Positions 49,417 to 63,454 of a stretch of 64,000 nt of DNA are shown piece after piece (within the stretch, counting starts at the first letter, position 1; each line of letters begins with the position of its first letter). Under the pieces are notes generated by a model. It saw only the letters and a list, made by a program, of their open reading frames with translations, searched no databases and had not been told where the DNA came from. This stretch comes from Callorhinchus milii (Eukaryota): assembly GCF_018977255.1 (NCBI RefSeq), contig NW_024704743.1, positions 28,832,001 through 28,896,000 on the forward strand, written 5' to 3'. The position numbers and the translations under genes are program-made.

Positions 49417-51845
49417 TACTGTAAAATACATCAAATACTTTAGGAATTTGCAAGATTAGCAAAGGATTACATTACTTTGAACCTTAAAGTGGATTTTTTA
49501 TGATATTTCCTCCTCTATATTTACTTACATATCTGTAAAAGATGCCACGTTGAATGCCTGAAAAGTATGTCTGTAAAACTGGTCTTCGTGAAAATCACAT
49601 CACTATAAACTGTGCTACATCAATTCCCCCAAGGCCGACAGGTGGAAACTGATCATTCGGAGTAGCGAGAAAGGGATGAAACTCCCCCAGAGAAGGTGTT
49701 GTAGCCAAATGCAGGCTCTCATTGCACTGTTCATCCTGCGACTGTACTTGATGCATTTTAATGTGAAATAGGTGTCTGTATGTTTGGTACAAATCTTAAT
49801 AGCAGCAACTGACCTTGAAGCTTGAAAGGGAAAATTTAAAAAAAATTATTGGCTGTCCTTTCATTCCAGGTTTGCCCACTGTCCAAAATCAAATCGACAA
49901 CACAGTGTTAAACACTGCACCATTTTATAAATGCTACAAAGTCATCTGATCCGTATAGTATTACTATCCCAGTATTCAATTAAATGACTGCCCTTTGAAG
50001 ATCCTCGTGGCAGGAGGGGGGGGTGGGGGGGGAATCTGTTCTGTGTTAAGAAATGTGTTGAAAATGCTGACCTAGATTACAAACATAGAGCAGTATTTTT
50101 CTAATATGTAGCTGGATATGTCAAGCTATACAAGGGTAATTTTATTAGAAGTGGAGCAGGTGCAATAATATCAATTCTTACATTTGGTATTACGCCTTTC
50201 AAGTTGGGAGGAAGTCTCATCGTGCTTCACATAATATACCGTATAGATTTTTGTAAGCAAATGCGGCGGCCAATTTGGACACAGAAGTGCCCTTCAAATA
50301 GCCATGAATGAATCACCAATTGTTGTATTGTATTGGGAGGGAAAAAATACTCCTTAAAATTTGAATATGTACTATTTCATAGCCACTCCTTGTGAAAATC
50401 TTATGGAAGAATTATGAAAGAGTTTCATCAAGACAACAGGAAACAGTTTTGTCAAATTAAAACTGGTTTTATGCAAAGCAGCTGTTGTGAAGGCCATCAC
50501 CACAATTATAAACTTACAAATTTCACAACCAAATCATTTGTTGTTTACGGAGTACAGTACTAACTTTTCACATCTGAACTTACAAAGTTACAAAAAATAC
50601 TCCCTGATATTATTCTAAGGTGTAACGTTTACCCTCTACAAAAGCTTCTACTCCAGCTCCTTCAGAGTGGTTTATTTGTGGAATGGTTAAGAGCTGACCA
50701 GCTTCAAAAAATATTAGGTTAAGTTCTGGCATGATCCATAGGAATGGAATATCGCTAACCTCCAGAGAGCGAGGTTTGAAACCAGCTCAGCCAACGGATG
50801 TCTCTACTATGAGTGCAAGTTATTACTATTGTTAATAATCTTTCATTTGATACAGTGCCTTATCCTGTCTTCAAAACATGAAACGTTTGCTAGATATTGC
50901 AAGCAATTAGTTTACAGTGGGCTTCAAACATGCATTGCTAATAGCTCAGTTGTCAAAAGTGCTGGTGCACTAATAGTCTGCACTTTATACTCATGTGATT
51001 GCTCACACATGAGTTAAGCTCACACAAGAAGCTCCTCTCTTCTCAACCTGACCATCAGAGGGAATAATAGGCTGTTGGGAACCATCCCAACAATAACCTG
51101 TTTTATCTTGTACTGAACAACAGAACCGGAGGACACAGCTTGCGAATGAAGGGGTGTAAATTCACAACGAATCTGCGGAAGCACTATTCGGTGAGTGAGT
51201 AGCAAACATATGGCCACAGGCTCCCGAGGGAGATGGTGGTCTCATGCTTTCGAGATTCTTTGAAGAATAAATTAGATAGATTTCTCTTAGGAAATAATGT
51301 CTCGGGATATAACATATAGTTTGGGACATGACATGTCATGCAACTGCCAGGATGGTGGAAGGCGAACTGGATGGATCTTGGTTTTCTTTCCCCAAGCAAG
51401 TACTTAAGAACACAAAGATAAACTGGAAGGTGGGTCTTCTTGGTTGCTTACAGAACAGCATTAACAGAACTGTTTCCAACTCCTCCCACCCCCATTTAAT
51501 CTGGGAAAGAGCGTAAATAAAGGAACCTACAAGGCACCGTTTGCAAAATGATTACTGTCCAATAAACTTCAAAACAAACTGCCATACAGATGCACAGTTA
51601 CTACGCGTCACAGTAAAAATCCTGTGAAACGCATCAAGACGTTTTTATGGTATACGAATTCATGAAATAATCTACAACAGTTCTTGTTATTATTATTACT
51701 ACAAGTGCAAGCTTGGCTTAATAAACCGTTTGATAATTTTGGCAAAAATAAGATAAAAATACAGATTTTTTTTGACAATCAATGCTCCTGATCCAAATTT
51801 GTAGAAAAAATTCCCATTTTGCCTCATTTTTCAGCTATTGTACTT

Positions 51846-52188
51846 ATAATAATAATAATAATATAATAATAATAATAATCCTTGCATTTGATATAGCGCT
51901 TTTCACGTCAGGAGGACGTCCCAAAGCGCTTCACAGAACACACTGTAAAGTGAATTGACTGTATATTTGTGGGCGAACGCGGCAGCCAATTGCGCACAGC
52001 AATGTCCCACAAACAGTCGTAGACTGAAAATGACCAATTTAATTATTGGTTTTTTGGTTTTTTGGAGGGATTATTATTAGGCGCGTGGAGTAAGGAAACT
52101 TGCCCAAGGTTTCGCCCTCTGCCTGGAATTGAACTCAGGTCTCTCACTTGCAAAGCGAGTGCTCTAACCACTGAGCTACAGGACTCCA
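51846..52188 (-). mobile_element. tRNA-derived SINE, young short subfamily
   Basis: Full length; TSD TACTT; long (TAA)n tail. Confidence 0.93.
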
Positions 52189-54953
52189 CTACTTCAGTGA
52201 AGTGTTTGTGCACCTCCCTCCTCCTGTCATTTGGTTCATGGCTTTTTGTATTCGCTGCATAATGAAGTCTTGAAGGAAAGGTTACTGCCAAACACCAAGT
52301 ATCAATACAGTAGTAACAAGGCAAAAGATCAATTCCTAATATGAGTAATTTGGTTCAATGTTTCGCTGTAAAAATTTCATTTGGCCTCAGGATGAACAGA
52401 AAAGTATTTTGAATTCCTCTTTCCTTTTCTCTCTTGCCACCACCCCCCACCCCCATCTCTCCCCCGCCACCCAATGCACTCACTCGCCCAATTTAAAATG
52501 CACTTGATTGCATTGATGAAATGTATTGTTTCAATTTATTAATGTATTGTAGAACTTGCCCAAATCCCTTTTCTAAGTTGTTTAAAAAAAACATTTCCAG
52601 AATTCCCGTGAAAACATGTGATGCACTAAACCTCCGCATAGCACACAAAACGGCTCTGTTGACACAGAAACATGGTATAATTCAAACAACACTGTAAGAC
52701 TTAAAGAAAACAACGGCTGTTTATGTTGCTAGAGAATTTTCAAAAAGGTTTTAAATGATATAAAGTGACTAAATCAAATTAGGCCTCACAATCCTTTTTG
52801 CCTTCAGTGATCTCGGAGACTGAAATTTTGCACTGCTGAGAAACTGCCACAAAAATATAACCCACTGCATTCCTTCAAAATAAATAAGCAAGGCCACCCA
52901 AATTTTCAATTAGTGTTAGTGTACAGCGCAGGAAATGGCTAGCTATCTGTCAAAAGACGCCCTAGGCTGGGTCGTGGCTACGGAACAGTGACAGGAAGAC
53001 TTCAAGCAGGAATACAAGCTCAGCGTGAAAGTGGCTCCTCTCCAATCAAAACTGGATGGTAATGGGTTAATGCATATTTCTTTAGACATACAGGACAGAC
53101 ACTGCTGATGTGTAATTTAACTCTGACAAAGATTATAACAAGCTCCCATTCTCCTTCTATTGGTAATGACATAACCCCAAAAAGGTATAACTTTGACATC
53201 ACATTTTTTGTTTGGGAAGGGGGGAGGGGGAAAGATACTAAAGCTAACCAAATATTTAAACTGCTGACAGTGCAGATTACTGGCTTTCTAACTTATTGTA
53301 AATCGAAATAAAAAAAAGCAGAGATCAAATTGGCCCACACAACATTGTCAGGCACCTTCTCAGCGGCTTGCTACAAGACGAGAGGAGGATGTGAGCAGCC
53401 TACTCATTCCTTCTTTCTCAGTCAGAAAATGGTATGCATCATTGGGAGGGGCAGAATCGTTACCAAATAGAAGTGTTTGGTATCGCAATCCCAGCAGATC
53501 TATTTGTTAAAAATATAAAAATAATAAAAAATACTAGTTAGATTTAATATATTGCCTTTTACGCAAGGATGATGCCTCAAACTGTGACGTGTAATCGTTG
53601 GATATCTGGAGTCAAAACTTACATGAAGCATCGAGCATGAGGATGCAGGGATTTTTGCAAAGAGAGTAGGAGACGGAAAAGACACATAAGAGCCCCCTTC
53701 AGCCTTGCGGTAGCAACCATTCCCATTAGCAGAGGGCTGTGAGCAGCTATCCGGCCACTGCTTGTAGTTTACAAATAAGTTTCTCTTTTTTTAAAAGTGT
53801 GATGGATCTTTAACAAGCACCTGAACGAGCAGGCATGACCTCGATTTATGTCTCATTTGAAGGATGTCTTGACACTCTGTCAATGTTGCAGTGCTCCCCT
53901 GATACATTGGGGTGTATTGGTAAGACTACACTGGCGAGACTGTGAGCCGCAGATTGCCAGAAATGAGGAGAAAGAGAACCCATAAACTGGACAGTTCACG
54001 TGTGATCCTCGTGCATTCAGGAAATAATGCATTTAAATTAAATAAAAGAACCAGAAGAATGGGTCTATAACAAAGGATGTGGCCAAGTTCTATCTGGATA
54101 AAATTGGTTGTTCATTTCATACAATCTTACATTTATATAGTGCTTTTCACATCGAGAAGACGTCCCGAGGCTGGGGCTGTGGCGTTCACCACAAATGCAC
54201 ACTTTATTAGTAAAATCTTGTGAAATGCTTTGAGAAGTCCCGATGATGTGATAAGGCGCTGTATCAATTGCAAGGATAATTATCTATTTGGTTGCTATCA
54301 AATATCAAATGTAAAGATTATTATCTCTAGGCATTGCTGTATGAAGTTATCAAGTTTTAGTGTGAGGCTCAAATCCACAGCTTTGTGATCCGTTTCTTTT
54401 TTCCCTAATCATCAAAATGTTGGCGTTAAAATTGACTGTCTGGGTCTAAAAATGAACAAGCTAAACAAAGGCTTTGTCCCTGGAGTTATCTGGTCAAGTC
54501 ATCGTAGCATAGTTTCCATGCAACACATTTCCCTCCCTCCCTCCTCCACTTTATTTGTTGTTTAACGTTTCAGAAGCTGCTGGGTGGTCTCTAGGATTTT
54601 ATTTATATAATTTTTTTATCTATATAAAAGGCATCAAATTACAGGATTATTCACTTATAAATAGAAGGCTGCAGAATTAAAAGGTTAGCAATGTTTACAG
54701 CATCCAGCACTTCCCTTAAAAATTTCACAGGCTCGACAAAGCTAGAATGTTGTCGCGTTTTCCTTTACCATAGACTAACAATATATTCGCCTCTATAACA
54801 GGGTGTTTCAATCAGATTTAAAATTGCATTTTTCCTTTTAGCACAAACATAAGGTACCTAGAATTAGTAAAAAGATTTCTGCATTGCGCTCAAGATTTTG
54901 AACACCGCTTTGCAAGAAATAATAATAACCCTTTCATTTAATATAGCGGCTTA

Positions 54954-55631
54954 TGGAGTCCTGACGCTTAGTGGCGAGAGCACACACCAGGCAAGCAAGA
55001 GGATCTGGGTTCGATTCCCGGCAGGGCGAAAGATTGGGCAAGTTTCCTTACTCCACATAACTCTGTTTACCTTGCAGTAAGTAGGAACCCGGTTGTTAAT
55101 CGATTGGCGGATCTCTTTTCCGGGGGTAATAATTCCTTCAAAATAAAAATAATTTGGTCTCTCAAACCACGACTAAAGTTTGTGGGACACTGCTGTGTGC
55201 AATTGGCTGCTATGTTTCACCTACGACATATACAGTCAATTCACTTTATAGTATATTCTATGAAGTGCTTTGAGATATCTCGCGTGAAAAGGCACTAAAT
55301 CATAATAATAATCCTTGCATTTGATATAGTGCCTTATCACCTCTTAGAGACGTCTTAAAGCGCATCACAGAATATACTGTAAAGTGAATTGACTGTATAT
55401 TTGTGGGCGAAACACGGCAGCCAATTTCGCACAGCAGAGTCCCACAAACAGTCATGGATTGAAGTGACCAATTTTATTATTTTTTTCTTGAAGGATTATT
55501 ATCAAGTTTGTGGAGTAAGAAAACTTGTCCAAGTTTTCGCCCTGCCAGGAATCTAACCCAGGTCTCTCGCTTGTGAGGCGAGTGCTCTAACCACTGAGCT
55601 TATCAAATGCGAGGATGATTATTATTATTAT
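54954..55631 (+). mobile_element. Long-subfamily SINE with a second SINE nested in its tail
   Basis: Tail breaks after aggcactaaatca and resumes tatcaaatgcgaggat at 55601. Confidence 0.85.
55303..55600 (-). mobile_element. Nested SINE, opposite orientation
   Basis: Family tail to head, 5' end slightly truncated; TSD ATCA. Confidence 0.88.
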
Positions 55632-56569
55632 CACTTTATTATTGAGACGTCGCAAAGCTCTTCACAGAATATCCTATAATTCACTGTATATTTTGTGGGT
55701 GAAATGAGATCAACTGCAGGCCCTGAAGGGTTAATTCGCATCCCTGATCTCAGTAATTGCAGGAGCTAATGAGACAAACCCGATTTTACAAAGGACAGCC
55801 AAATTCAGTAAACTTCAAAGCACCGGCTGTGTATGTGGTTCTAGCGTGCTGTGGTTCAAATCATACCCATTATAGTACTACAATGGTGAATTTTCGGAAG
55901 GAAATGCTTAACAATGCTTTACTCGCCCTTTCAACTACAAACGTATCCACAAAGACGACCGCTCTGCTTTGGTATTGCTGCACAAGTTTAAAGGAGCACC
56001 AATCAGGAAAAAAATATAGCAAAACAGAAAATCCCCCAGGGTATTGTTTTACTTAAAACTCTCTCCTGCTCTTTTTCTACCACTTCCCTGAGATCTGGGA
56101 CAGTATGAGATATACATCAGCTGGAGTGGTGGAGCAGAAGACTGTGCTGCAAGTGCTGCAAGAGACAATATGCCAACAGGTCAACAAGCAGAGATCTTTC
56201 AAGTTGGTTTGATAAAAATAATGACAATTCCCATCCCTCCCCAGTTTGCAGATATTGCTATTTACAGCCCTCTATCTGCTTCAACACTTAACATCAACAG
56301 ACAAATGTCACAAGCACATCGATGATTAACTGGGATGCTACATTTCCACACTGGAATTCAGTGACCAGAACAGAATTGATAACATGAATTTAATTTCAAC
56401 TATTCTCAGATTAATAATAAAGAAAAGGAACCTGTAGAAAGAAAACTGCAAAAACTATTTAAAATGGAAAAGATTAGTGTAGAAAATGCCCTTTAATAGC
56501 AATAAAAGGGAGGGAAAAATGACTTTAAAAAAAGCACCACCTACATAAATGTATACATGGGGTGGAGCA

Positions 56570-56832
56570 TTATAATCCTTGCATTTGATATAGTGCTTTT
56601 CACGTCTGTTAGACATCTCAAAGCGCTTCACAGAATACACTGTAAAGTGAATTGACTATATATTTTGTGGGTGAAACGTGGCAGCCAATTGCGCACAGCA
56701 GTGTCCCACAAACAGTTGTGGACTCAATGACCAAATTTTTTTTATATATAGGGATTATTATCCCCAGAAAAGCAATACGCCAATCAATTAACAACCGGGT
56801 TCCTACTTACTGCTAGGTAAACAGAGGAGTGT
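56570..56832 (-). mobile_element. SINE, long subfamily, headless
   Basis: Tail, Deu core and long middle present. Confidence 0.85.
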
Positions 56833-57584
56833 TTCTAGGATGGACCATGATGGTGTAAAATCATGACGTGCCATTGAAAAAACTAACCTGTGGCTAACGG
56901 GTTCATCTAAACCCCTCACTGTACTGATCTTTGTTATAACACAGTCCTGTATATTTTAAAATTATTGGTTATAAGAATATTTTAGATCAAGTTGGTAAAT
57001 TGACCACATGGAAGATTTTGGAAGCATTATATCAATCTTAAGAAAACAAAGTTTGGTATATCCTTGATATCAGAACTTTGAAATACAGTATAAGATTTTT
57101 GTTTCAGTCTGAAAAACCATGAAGAATTTACCATTCTGTTATGTACAGTGTACAGCATAATTGCTGATCAAATGCACAAAATTAACATGTGGGCTTGATT
57201 TTGTAAGCATCACAGCAGAAAATGGGTCAAAGGAAGTTTTATGCCATAGAAAAACCCTGATTCTCAGGTGGATAATATCTTACTTGACGGTGATGTTATG
57301 CCAATGATGTATTGTGGTTATTGTAAAGTGTGTTATGAGGAACAAGCTGTGGCGAGTATCAGCTGTCTAGGATATGGCTAAAAACATTGCACAGCTTATT
57401 TAAATGATATCTGAAAATTTCAACACAACTTCATATAAGCTTACGAACAGAACATGGCACATGAAATGACTCACAGAACCATAGAAATCCTAGATTCAGT
57501 GCCATACGTATGCCCATAAACATACTCGCACATGAAATATAATGATAACAACTCTTGATTTTGTCATTGACAGTGATCAGTTTG

Positions 57585-57745
57585 AGGCTAGCAAGTCCCC
57601 AGGTTTGATTCTGCTCCTGTCCTGGGATCAGTAGTCCTGGCTAGGATAGTGGTAGGGGAACATCAGTTAGACTCTGTTCCCCTAGGATAAAGAGGGGAAA
57701 ATCATCCAGATTTTCTGCTCCCGATTACGAAAGTTCCAGTGGAAG
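57585..57745 (+). mobile_element. LF-SINE-like relic
   Basis: gtccccaggtttgattc...ggtagggg...cccctagg...ggggaaaatcatccag...gctcccgat resembles LF-SINE. Confidence 0.5.
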
Positions 57746-59874
57746 TCAATCCTACTGAAGAATTCAACAGAATAATTACTGATTGCAAGGAACACAGAAA
57801 ATCGGCCATTCACTTTGACTGTTTGTGGGACATTGCTGTGTTACACATTGCTTGTCACCTTCACCTGCAAATAGTCATAACGCAAAACCCAAATGTTTCG
57901 ACATAACGCGCTATATCAAATCGAAGGATTATTTAACAAGCAATGACAGCAACCTTAGCCTGAGAGCAGTTTAACTTTCTCTGTATCATGATGTGCTTAT
58001 TGCAACAATAGAATTCTAGGATAAATCATGATATCCTAATATTATTTTGTACATACTAAATTAGAGACATATAATACTATCCCAGAATTAAAAAAATATA
58101 TGTAATCCCATGATTGAATTATAAATATACAAAGTGCTATCACTACATTCCATGGTAAAATCCAGTGAAGCATTTCGAGACGTCTTGACCACATAAGGCA
58201 TTATATCGAGTGAAAAGATTATTTTTATTATTATTATATCTTCATCAGCAGTAGGACAAAAAATTATAACGATAGAGCTGAACAATCCTTTTTTATAAAG
58301 CAAATACAGTGATTTAAAATCAGTTAATTGTTAGGGTAAATTATAGACTCAGTAAATACCAGCATATCTAGCAGCTGCATTTTGCACCTATAAAGCCAAC
58401 TCATTTTGAATCCACATTCCTGACAAAAATGTGACAAGTCACAGTGACCACCATAAAATCACACCTTCACGGCTAGGGCTATGGGAAAAATAGAAACATA
58501 ACTTTTCTTTTCATATGCGATCAAAAAAGCTGTGGCCTAGAGCAAGATTTGTGAGTAGCCCTAATTTCACTGTTATTTTATCCTGTTACAGGCCACACAT
58601 ATAGTGTAAGTGACACATCATTTAACAGGAAGAACGCAAATTGAATCCGACTAGGTTACATACTCTTAACTGTCTGAGAAACTCTGCCAAACATGGATAG
58701 AACACACAACGTAACTGACAATAAAAACAGTTTTTAAAGTTAATAAAAAATTCTAGGAAACGATAGTCCAATTCTTCTAAAGACGTTGTAGGTTTGAAAA
58801 AGACAAAAAAATCGGGTTTGAGTTTTGCATCAGACTAAAAACTAACTCTGAGCTAATCAGGTTTCTAAACAGACCAGATGTTCCCGATTATTATTAAGAT
58901 TGTTTTTGAAATTGTAAGTATAGGTCACGGACCTGGAAACCAAAAGCTCAATGAGGAATTCTCACAGCGGCTATAAAACACATAAGAAACAGCAGGTACG
59001 CCAACAAAGCTATAAGCTGGATATATGTTCGTTTAGCAACTAGATTAGCAGGGAATCTGTGTATGACACAGTAGTTTCAGTGGCTGAGAACCAGATCTGG
59101 TCGAGCATTGTGAGATGGAACCTACTCCTCAACTAATAGCAGAACCCACCAAAGACACGCAACCCTCTGGTAAACTGTCTCATCGTTCTTCCTTAGACTG
59201 TAAAATGTCTACCTCATGCGAGTGAAGGAGAAACTACAGATCAAGCTCTCAAAAGGTTCACTCCACTTAATTCAAAGGCAAGTGAAATTGGTACTGTCCA
59301 AAGCATTTCACCCATCTGGAAGTGGAGAAAGAAGTGGGAACAAAATGGAGGCGGTAGGAATAATGAGATACACACGTGTAAAATCTCATACATAAATTAC
59401 AACTCCAATGCAGGTTTTATGATCTACAAAGCAAAATTTTAATCTTTTAATGATCAGCACAAAATTCACAGTGAGGCTTTATACACGTGTGATTAATACT
59501 CGTAATTTTTTTGTAACGACAAACAAACACTCCAGGACCATCCGAGTTACCCAGTTACAGCAACTGAATGGTCACTATCCCAAACCAACACAATTGCTAC
59601 AAAACAGAAGTCGCTGGGAACACTCAGCGGGTCAGGCATCATCTATGTACAATTGCTAATTTGGTTGAATGCTTTCCCCTCCATTACTCAACACAAGATA
59701 GAAATTATAGAAATGCATTCAGTGTCAAACAATAAAGGTTTTGTACCACATGGTAACCCAGCACACTGAAATGTTGTCAGATCACTGAAAGTTCTCATTT
59801 GGCTTCACTGTGTGATGGATTGGTCATTTTTTTTAATGAAATCACAAGACAAAATTTCTCCATTGTGTGATTTA

Positions 59875-60124
59875 TAATAATAATCCTTGCATTTGATATA
59901 GCGCTTTTCACGTCTTCTCGACGTCTCAAAGCGCTTCACAGAATATACTGTAAAGTGAATTGACTGTATATTTGTGGGTGAAACGAGACAGCCAATTGCG
60001 CACAGCAATGTCCCACAAACAGTCATGGATTGAAAATGACCAATTTATTATTGGTTTTTGTTTTGGAGGGATTATTATTAGGCTCTGTGTGGAGTAAGGA
60101 AACTTGCCCAAGATTTCGCCCTGC
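59875..60124 (-). mobile_element. SINE, young short subfamily, tRNA head missing
   Basis: Similarity ends at ttcgccctgc. Confidence 0.9.
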
Positions 60125-60409
60125 TTACACAACATACACAGAAAAAAGGAAGTTATGCATTCGACCAGCAAACTGCCCACATTACATTGAGAATGATTAC
60201 ACCGATAGAGAAACATAGCAGCACCCCACTGCAGAGATTTGAAGCAATGTCAACAGGATTTATGTCACATATAAAAATATGAAAAACATTTGAACATGGA
60301 ATATTGAATTGGGGCAAGTGGGTTAGAATTTAAAAATAAAATTCTGTGTTTCAAATAAGATATTGTTAACATCAGCATTCTTGGTGTAGAAAATTATACT
60401 ATGCTACGT

Positions 60410-60690
60410 AGAATTACATAGACTTTACAATCCGGAAACGGGCCATTTGTCCCAGTGTCCATACTCCACATGAGCCTCCACCACTCTCAGTCCTCTCTAT
60501 TCCCTGCTCCCTACTCTATGCATCAAGTTTCCTATTATGTACATTCATTCTTTTTATTTCAGCTGCATCGACAGCAAGTTCCACATTCTCAGCACACACT
60601 GCGTAAAGATATTCATTCTAAACTCCCTTTTAGATCTGCTGCTGTCTATCTTGCATTTATGTCCCTCGTTTTGGACTCACCAACACATAA
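60410..60690 (-). mobile_element. Degenerate CR1-type 3' fragment
   Basis: acatagactttacaatccggaaacgggccatt...gttccacattctc...tttatgtccctcgtt. Confidence 0.55.
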
Positions 60691-62550
60691 AATCCAAATA
60701 ATAAATGTAAAATCCAATAATACTGTTATATTTTAAACAATTGGCTGCCGCGTTTCTCCCACAAAACACACAGTAAATCACTTTACAGTATATTCTACGA
60801 ACTGCTTTGAGACAACTCAAAGACATGATAAGGAGCTATATCAATTGCAATTATTGTTATACTAAGCCACACCATCATAGAAGGAAATAATAGTCTTGTA
60901 GAACCTTTTTTTGGAAAGAAGAAAAGCTAATGAATTCACATGTGATTTAATAATGTGTTCCAACAAAACTTTAACTTTTAAAAAAAAGACAATACAGTAG
61001 TCCTTCAAGTGCCTCCTTAAAAAGACCTCCTTCAAAGGCATGCCATGCAATAGACTGCTTTAAATTGTCGACTTAATCTTTGCCCTACACAGAAAATGCT
61101 TCCATAAAGAAATATTGAAAATCTGTATCTCATTTCTTGAATAAAAATATACAGGTAAAATTATATCCTAGATCTAATAGTGCAACGCACCAGAATCTCC
61201 CATTTAAACACGGATTCCACTTTTACTGTCATGTGGGTGGCTTCAGTTTATCCCACTTCTTCAAGATTTTACCGAAGTTTAATAAAACTAAACTAACAAA
61301 AGGAGTAAAAAATATTATTAGTTACCAACAAAATCTTTTTCACTTTGTGTGATCCTACTACACACTGAGTATATCAATTATCTAATCTTCTCTCTATCCA
61401 CGCGCACACAATTTGCAGCCTTGACAGTGGATCCTCCAGAGATGCAGTGAGTCTGTCACTGCTAACCACTCCAAGACTCTACCCACTGTGTAAATGCAAG
61501 TTGTTGTTAAGTGAACATAGTTCAGAAAAAGGTTGTGGAAAGGGTCATCAGAATATGCTCTGAGGATATAACACTTCAAGAATGGCCTCATCATTTTCTG
61601 TTACTCCTACAGGATACCACAGTAGAGATTTGGTTATTCACACTAATTGGAACCAGAACCTTTGCGGAAAAAAATGGTGGATAATAAATAGGTCTTTGTG
61701 CGGGGACGTTCAGATTGTCACACAAAATATAATCTGAAAACCCCGGAAGCCCCTCAAGTACAGCGGGGGCTTGCGGCCATTTGCACCTGCTCCCTGAACT
61801 TCCATCCTGGAATCCCTCCAACTCCTTCCCTTTTTTTTTAAAAAAAGACATCTCAAAATGTAACTCTTTGTCCACATTTTCCCTTCCCCCCGTCTCCGAC
61901 CTTCAGCTCAGATACCAATCGGGTGAAGCATATGAGACGTCCTCCCGACGTGAAAGGCGCTATACAAATGTGTATTGTGTATACTTTGGCCATCAATAGT
62001 TTCGGAATCATTTAATAGCTAGAATAATAATAATAATCCTTGCATTTGATATAGCGCTTTTCACATCTTCTCGACGTCTCAAAGCGCTTCACAGAATAGA
62101 CTGTAAAGTGAATTGACCGTATATTTATCCGGGATTGGTGCAGTCACCTGCAAGCTATTTGGAAACATTTTCTCTGTTGACACCCTCACATCCTTTTACG
62201 TTTTTTTAAGTTCTCCACAAAATTTTCCATAGTTGACTCCTGCGCCTGCTCTGATTTCAAGCTTTCCTCACTCTCAGCCACAACTTTTTCCATGAATGTA
62301 GCTGCCTCACTTCCTGTACCTACTCCCAAGCAATGGCTATAGAATACTTTATGCTTGATGTTTTTCCAGAATGCCAACAAGTAATTTTCCACATAAAAGG
62401 CGAGACTATTCAGCAGTTCCTTCCTATAGCGAGTTTCACATTTTATGCTACTCCCTGATAATAATATCCTTGCATTTGATAATATAATCAAATCCTGTTG
62501 ATTGAATACTCAATTTGACAGCAAAAATATTTCAATAAACTGAACTATTC

Positions 62551-62926
62551 ATAATAATCCTTGCACTTGATACAGCGCCTTATCCCGTCTTCGAGACGTC
62601 GCAAAGCCCTTCACAGAATATACTGTAAAGTGAACTGAATCTATGTTTTGTGGATGAAACACGGCAGCCAATAGGGCACAGTAGTGTCCCCAAAACAGTC
62701 GTGGACTGAGTGACCAAATTATTATTGTCTAATTTTTTTTAATGGGTTATTACCCCCAGAAAAGCAATCCGCCAATCGACTAATAACCGGGTTCCTACTT
62801 ACTGCTAAGTAAATAGAGGTGTTTGGAGTAAGGAAACTTGCCGAAGAGTTCGCCCTGCCCAGGAATCGAACCCAGGTCCTCTTGCTTGTGAGGCAGGTGC
62901 ACTACCCACTATGCCACAGGATTCCA
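62551..62926 (-). mobile_element. tRNA-derived SINE, long subfamily
   Basis: Complete head-to-tail copy. Confidence 0.9.
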
Positions 62927-62949
62927 TATAACTGGACTAAACATAAGAG

Positions 62950-63110
62950 ACTCTTCTCCGAGAGCTCAAGCTGTGCCGCTTCCGAGTGCACCGAAACCGG
63001 AAATGCTCTCCTCCGCCAATCAGACGGGTCCTCACTCGCCAACCAATCGATTATCAGTGATCTCTTTGGGGCGTGAGGCGAGGGGAGGGGAGGGGGGGAA
63101 GGAGAGGACA
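62950..63110. promoter_or_regulatory. Candidate promoter (CCAAT x2, GC box, ETS), possibly the EXOC2 TSS region
   Basis: CpG-rich patch with CCGGAAAT (62997), GCCAATCAG (63015), ACCAATCG (63042), GGGGCGTG (63068) and a GGGGAGGGG tract; no convincing first-exon donor found. Confidence 0.45.
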
Positions 63111-63454
63111 CTGACGATGTTCGTGCTGTACTGTAGAACTGATTTGGGGCTATAATTTTATCCAGACTCAGATGAATTGTATTTATGCAAACTGTCACAG
63201 GGAAAATTATTCAATAAACCGAATTATTCGTATATCTGACATTCAATGCATTGAACTATCGTCTTAGATTATTCACCTATTTTTTTATATAGGAAAGTCA
63301 AAAAGCTTTTTTTTAAAAATAACACATGGGTAGCAGTTGCATATTTAAATGCCTTCGGATTTCCAGACTTGCCAGTTACAATCCAGCAGCATTTGAATAT
63401 GTCAGCCATTCCTTATTGACTTAGTGGCTAGTTTATTATTGCCCCTTAGTTCAC

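Noticed and set aside
28300..62900. HUS1B-like nested gene as in mammalian EXOC2 intron 1
   Set aside because: No ORF of suitable length or HUS1-like sequence in the track.
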